From assembly GCA_048128005.1 (NCBI GenBank), contig JBEUKZ010000129.1, forward strand, positions 124,001 through 188,000: a stretch of DNA of 64,000 bases. The letters run 5' to 3'. Source of the DNA: Veleropilina oligotropha (taxonomy: Eukaryota). The translations under genes were made by a program, and so were the position numbers. Every line of letters begins with the position of its first letter. The stretch's first letter is position 1. Of the stretch, positions 59,016 to 64,000 are shown in pieces. The notes under the pieces were generated by a model, which was not told the origin of the DNA, did no database searches, and saw only the letters and a program-made list of their open reading frames with translations.

Positions 59016-62000
59016 TGTTTGTAGCAACAATTGCTTTTCATCCTGTAAGAATCTTCGTATGACTTTATCAATTGGTTCTTCACTACGTCGGACTTGTTTT
59101 TCCATTGTGGCTCGAAAATCTTCTTTCACTTCCTTGTTTAATCCCCGAGTGACAGTTCGCTGTCTAAAAAAGATTCTACAGTTAGTATGAAGAAAACTAT
59201 TATTACAAAAATATATTCTCTAAATGTTACCATGCATTCATTATAATTAGTGCCACTGTATCACTAATTTACATAATTGCTTGCTGTCATGCCATCTGCT
59301 AAAACACTTCTTTGTCCACAGATCTCCAAATATCTAATTCAGTACGCAACAATGTTTAAAACTAGGCTTATCTGATAAAAGATGCCACACGCTCACCCAA
59401 AGAAAAACTAAAATTATGATTAAGACTGCCAAAGTTTATAAGAGCTATTCCAGTAAAATATCTACCCCACCCCCTGACTCCAGGTTTTCAAAATGGGTCC
59501 ACCAACAGAAGTTACTTATTTAAACAGTGATAAATAGTCGAGTTATTGGCTATATTTTTGACCACCCATAAAAGCGATATATACCTGGAGTCAGGGGTGG
59601 GTGAGATACTTTACTGGAATAGCCCTAAATACTGGCATCGTAAGGATACATAAACTTACTGTGCGATGACCTTGGTGCTTGTAGGTAGAATGTCCAAGGT
59701 AATTTTGCCCCCCTCAGGATTTTCCAAAAAAGCAAATTCTTCTAGAATATCGACGTCTGTATCTCGTTAAGTTAATAAAATATTGATTGATTGAAAATCA
59801 TCAAAGGAACAATATCACAAAATATTAAATCAAAACATGTCGGAATATTAAGTAAGCATTCATTTGAGGACAATAACCATAAAAAAAGGAAAGTTTGTGT
59901 AATATTTATGCTCTGTTCATACGTACAATAAATAAGTTTCACGATTATGTACCAACATACACACCACCTGATTATGTACCAACATACACACCACCCGATT
60001 ATGTACCAACATACACACCACCCGATTATGTACCAACATACACACCACCCGATTTGTACCAACATACACACCACCTGATTATGTACCAACATACACACCA
60101 CCCGATTATGTACCAACATACACACCACCCGATTATCTACCAACATACACACCACCGATAGTCTGTCATGTATTAATTATGTCTGCAGCACTCACTCACT
60201 CACTAGTCTAAGATTGACATCATCCCAAGCACTGATCAGGTTCAATGCCATTACCTAAAGAAATAATAAATTCAGTCTTAGCAATATTTACTTGATTGAT
60301 TGAATGCTTTACAACCCACTTACAATTTTACAGTAATATATCGCAGGTGCAAATGATGCCCAACTCTTATTGAGTTACTGAATACACAGCGGGTAAAGAG
60401 CTAACTTAGGTGATCTGATGAAAAGCGACACTATTTGGACATTGATTTGGTTTAGTGTGGACAGATGCATAACATCCCACTTAACAACTTTCATAGTCAT
60501 ACCAGGGGTGAGTTCAGCAGAAATGAACGTTAGCTAACACAGCTTACCGCATTCTGGGATCCTGAACGCCAGTTAACAACTTCCGTCGTCCTAATAAAAC
60601 GGATCAGCAAGTCTCTTGTTATACAAATAATTTATAAAATACAAAGCTGTTTATTTTCCATCTGCATTTCCATTTCATATTGCATTTAGTATTGAACATA
60701 TATGCGCTGCAGATGATACATTTAACTATTAAAATTAACCATAATAAATATATTATAAGTTGTTGGACGACGTCACGGTGAATACGGTGGATTGAATACG
60801 GAATAAAGTTAAACCACGAGGCGCTAGCGCCGAGTGGTTTAACGTTATGAGGTATTCAATCAAACGTATTTACCAAGACGTTGTTCGACAACGCATTTAT
60901 TTTGATTTTATCTTCATTTTACCTCGATTTCTTATCGTGATGCTTGAATAACAGAGTCCCGATTTCGTTCATAACACTTGTTAGCAGCCATTTGCATTTA
61001 CCTATCTACGGTGTCAGTAAGGCAGAGTTATTTCCCTTGACGGCCAGTTAGCCAATCAGAACAGAGGAATATGAATTCACTGTTGTTTAAGAATCCATAA
61101 ACAACGGCTGGTCGGTGTATACGGTTAGTTAACAAAATGACATCAGCCAATCAGAACAGAGTATTTGCGGCGAAATCAAGATAATATGCATTTTACCTCA
61201 CATGGCAATCGATAAATAAATTGTCCCCCCTGAATTCAACTAAAGTTGTTGTTATTTATAATACGATACAGCAGAGAGCACAAAAACGAAAATAAGAGAA
61301 ATGTATCAAGATAATTACTAGCGTTTTAGTGAAAGATGGACATTTTGTTAAGCATTATCAAAGCTATTCAACTATTTTAAATGCATTACAAACATTTTAT
61401 ATTTACTGGCAGCCATGTTGTGTCAGCTGACCGTTCTCTTTCTGTTCCCTGTCGTTTTGTTCAGAAAATCATTCAAAATAAATACACGTAGTTAGCTAAC
61501 ATTAGGTAGTGTTTGCTAACGTTCGCTGCCACTGAATTCACCCCAGGATATATATCCATCCTATCACTGGAGGAAATCACAGTCACCCGAGGTCACTCAC
61601 CGCACTGGCCACCTGAGCTGTGAACTTTGCAAAGTGTTGAACATCAGACCTCACTCGTCAAACTCATTGCAATCATTGTAATTTGGAGTAACACGTAATA
61701 ATCCATTTAAATATCAGTGTGACCTGATTTGGACATAGACCGATATTCACTTGAGCATAAGACAAGAGTTACTATAATATATAAAGGATACTGGTGACAT
61801 ATGTAAAGAAAATATTATACGTAAAGCTTCCTTGACGTTTAATCCGTCTGATAACATCAGAGAATAGCTGTTCATGCTTTGACCAATCATATTGGAGCAA
61901 AACAATCACATGACCCAGGCACATGTCATCAGAATGCGTTGAGAAAGCCCTCTCCTGTCAAAAATAGAAAACATAATGCATAAAAACGGTAGCTGATATC

Positions 62001-63350
62001 TACTGTCATATTCATGTTTTCGAGCGTCTTTCAATAAAGACTGATTATGCATAAAATCAAGTTTTATTACATATTAATATTTTAATACATATATTCATTT
62101 CCTAACAAAAAGCATTGAAAAAAAAAAATTGTAAATTTTTCTGGGCACACGATCAGTTTTGTGACTTCAACAATATTGGAGTTATCTCCCTTGGATAATG
62201 GAATGACATTTCAAAGTCACATAATTTCCATATTAGCCACATATTCTTGGCCATTTTACATTTCCACAATATCATTGTAATCTTCCTTGAGACAAATGGC
62301 AGCAGCAGCAGCTATAGCCCGTGGCACTTGGTGAACATCAGCTACGCTTGCTTCAGGAATGCTATGTCATTTTAGAAGAAGATTTGATTCTTTCTTGGAT
62401 AAATATGCGACTTTAATCATGCCAATTATATTTATTATTGCTTATTAATGTAGAACCCAATGCTACATAATACCTTTGACTATATTTACTCTATAATCAA
62501 CTACTAACAAATGTTTACTTTTAGAGTTTCTGTACATGAAAATGTAACGTTATTATATTAATTAGTATTATTTTGCTCATGACGTTAATCCGCCGTTCTG
62601 ATTGGGTGACGTTAGTTACGTAAATACCCTTATACCCCTCCTGTTCGACGTCATTTTCAAACAGTAGTAGTACAAATAACTTATTACCCGTCTCCATAGA
62701 GATCGGGGAGGCTCGGTTCATTTCGTAAACTCGAATAACGATGTCAGCTTCGTTAGAAGTAAACATATAGGCAAATGGTTGCGCTCGTAAAATGTGACAA
62801 ACAACAATGATAATAGATAGGGAAAAGATAATTCAAATTAGAAGCAAGATAAATTCGTTGTCGAATCTTCGTCTTGGTAGTATACAGTACGTTGTACACC
62901 TATTGACGTTGAACCACCTCGGCTATCGCCTCGGGTGTACAATGTACCGTATACTACCGCGATGAAATGATGAAATTAATTGGTGATGTTAGCAATAGAG
63001 GCAGCGATCAAGGGAAAATCCCCGGAACTATGGAATTAATGATTAGAATAAGATAAAATAAATCAATAGCATTGTTCCGTGTAATAGCCCTTTAAAGTGT
63101 CACGTCATAGCCTGACGGCTAAATTCAAAGCTGGCTGCAGCGATGAAGGAGTTGAACCAATTACACTCACCCTAAAGCATGACAGCAGCAGTTGTATGCA
63201 GTATGGTAAGATTTCCTTCTCGACGCAAGCAGTCAGCAGTAACTGTCGGCCAGGCCCCGTAGATGTGGGGTTCACATCTTCATCGCCATGAGGCTCCAAC
63301 TGCACATTGGGAAGTGCATTTATGACGTCTAATATCAACTCACAAGATCT
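59016..63350 (-). CDS. Candidate exons of an unidentified host gene (63350-63171, ~59762-59660, 59163-59016)
   Basis: Open segments bounded by AG/GT: RSCELILDVINALPNVQLE...CIQLLLSCFR; TDVDILEEFAFLENPEGGKITLDILPTSTKVIA; QRTVTRGLNKEVKEDFRATMEKQVRRSEEPIDKVIRRFLQDEKQLLLQT. No domain recognised and the exon chain is incomplete. Confidence 0.4.
59442..59625. mobile_element. PIF/Harbinger-type MITE
   Basis: ~45-bp inverted arms (G.GCTATTCCAGTAAAA...CCCCTGACTCCAGG), flanked by TAA on both sides. Confidence 0.7.
59942..60159. repeat. 27-bp tandem repeat (GATTATGTACCAACATACACACCACCC) x8
   Basis: Direct inspection. Confidence 0.93.
60506..61543. mobile_element. PIF/Harbinger-like non-autonomous element containing a nested palindromic repeat
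   Basis: GGGTGAGTTCAG...AACGTTAGC and GCTAACGTT...CTGAATTCACCC, flanked by CAG on both sides. Imperfect palindrome at ~60755-60895. Confidence 0.55.
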
Positions 63351-64000
63351 CTGAAAATTAATGAATGTGTAGACATCTTCAACACAGATGAATCGAAATG
63401 CTGAAGCACTTAAAAGTCGGAAAGCGAAAGAGTATTGTATTTCACAACACAAAAGTACCTTTTGGCCAAAGAAGTTGCAGTAGCTTACAAAGTATTATAT
63501 TTTAATAACATTAATTACAGCTGGGTTAGAAATTAAAAATTTAAGCATCGGACATTAATACATGACGGAAACGAAAGTGCTTAAATCAGAGTCATCAAGT
63601 TTCACGATTTGATCGCGAGTTCTGTGCCTGCCATATATAGGTACTTACAGCATATGATCCCAAACAGAAGAAGCAGCAGGCAAGTTGAAGTTGATTTCTT
63701 GTCTACAAATAAATAATCACCTTTCAATGATGCAAATTAAACATACAAATGAGTACATGTATGTACAAGTACAGTGCATGCCAACACTTTGCAGTCACTC
63801 AAGATTTCTCCGCCCTGTTTTGGCATTTTACACATTTTGAACATGTCCATAAACAGGATAATGACAAATCCATTTTGAAGAACGTTTTCATGTGTTTATT
63901 TTAAAATAAACATTAAAACAAGGGCCTGTTAGAAAACGGATTTATCCACAACATTCCGCAATCTTGAGCTCTATGATAATTCAACCAGAATTTACATGTT

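Noticed and set aside
59772..60161. Pro/Tyr-rich (DYVPTYTPP)n ORF
   Set aside because: Product of a 27-bp tandem repeat with frame-breaking variants and no splice support.

Overview
Eukaryotic, AT-rich, intron-containing genomic DNA from an animal. The repeat landscape suggests a marine invertebrate such as a mollusc, but that is inference. Two host genes can be spliced together with matching phases: a C-type lectin + PAN/apple gene (13780-16318, first exon not found) and a 287-aa two-Ig-domain, probably GPI-anchored protein (19067-29344). The dominant feature is a complete 16.6-kb endogenous Polinton-like virus (34012-50654). It has ~280-bp TIRs, AG...CT termini and a CTAGG target duplication. 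It encodes a retroviral-type integrase, an A32/FtsK-like packaging ATPase, putative major and minor jelly-roll capsid proteins, about seven predicted membrane proteins (one with PSAP and LYPxL late-domain motifs) and a secreted Cys-rich protein. In place of a canonical protein-primed PolB it has one ~1281-codon HEH / degenerate PolB / SF1 helicase / HNH fusion gene, now broken by an in-frame TGA and a 1-kb MITE. No maturation protease was recognised. About 450 bp downstream lies a full-length DIRS1-type retrotransposon (51100-58396) with ITRs and an ICR. The rest of the window holds a CACTA-like element carrying a spliced DUF4806-like gene, a young 5'-truncated L2/CR1 LINE inside a minisatellite, SINEs, MITEs and tandem repeats. 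All domain calls come from motif recognition by eye; no searches were run.
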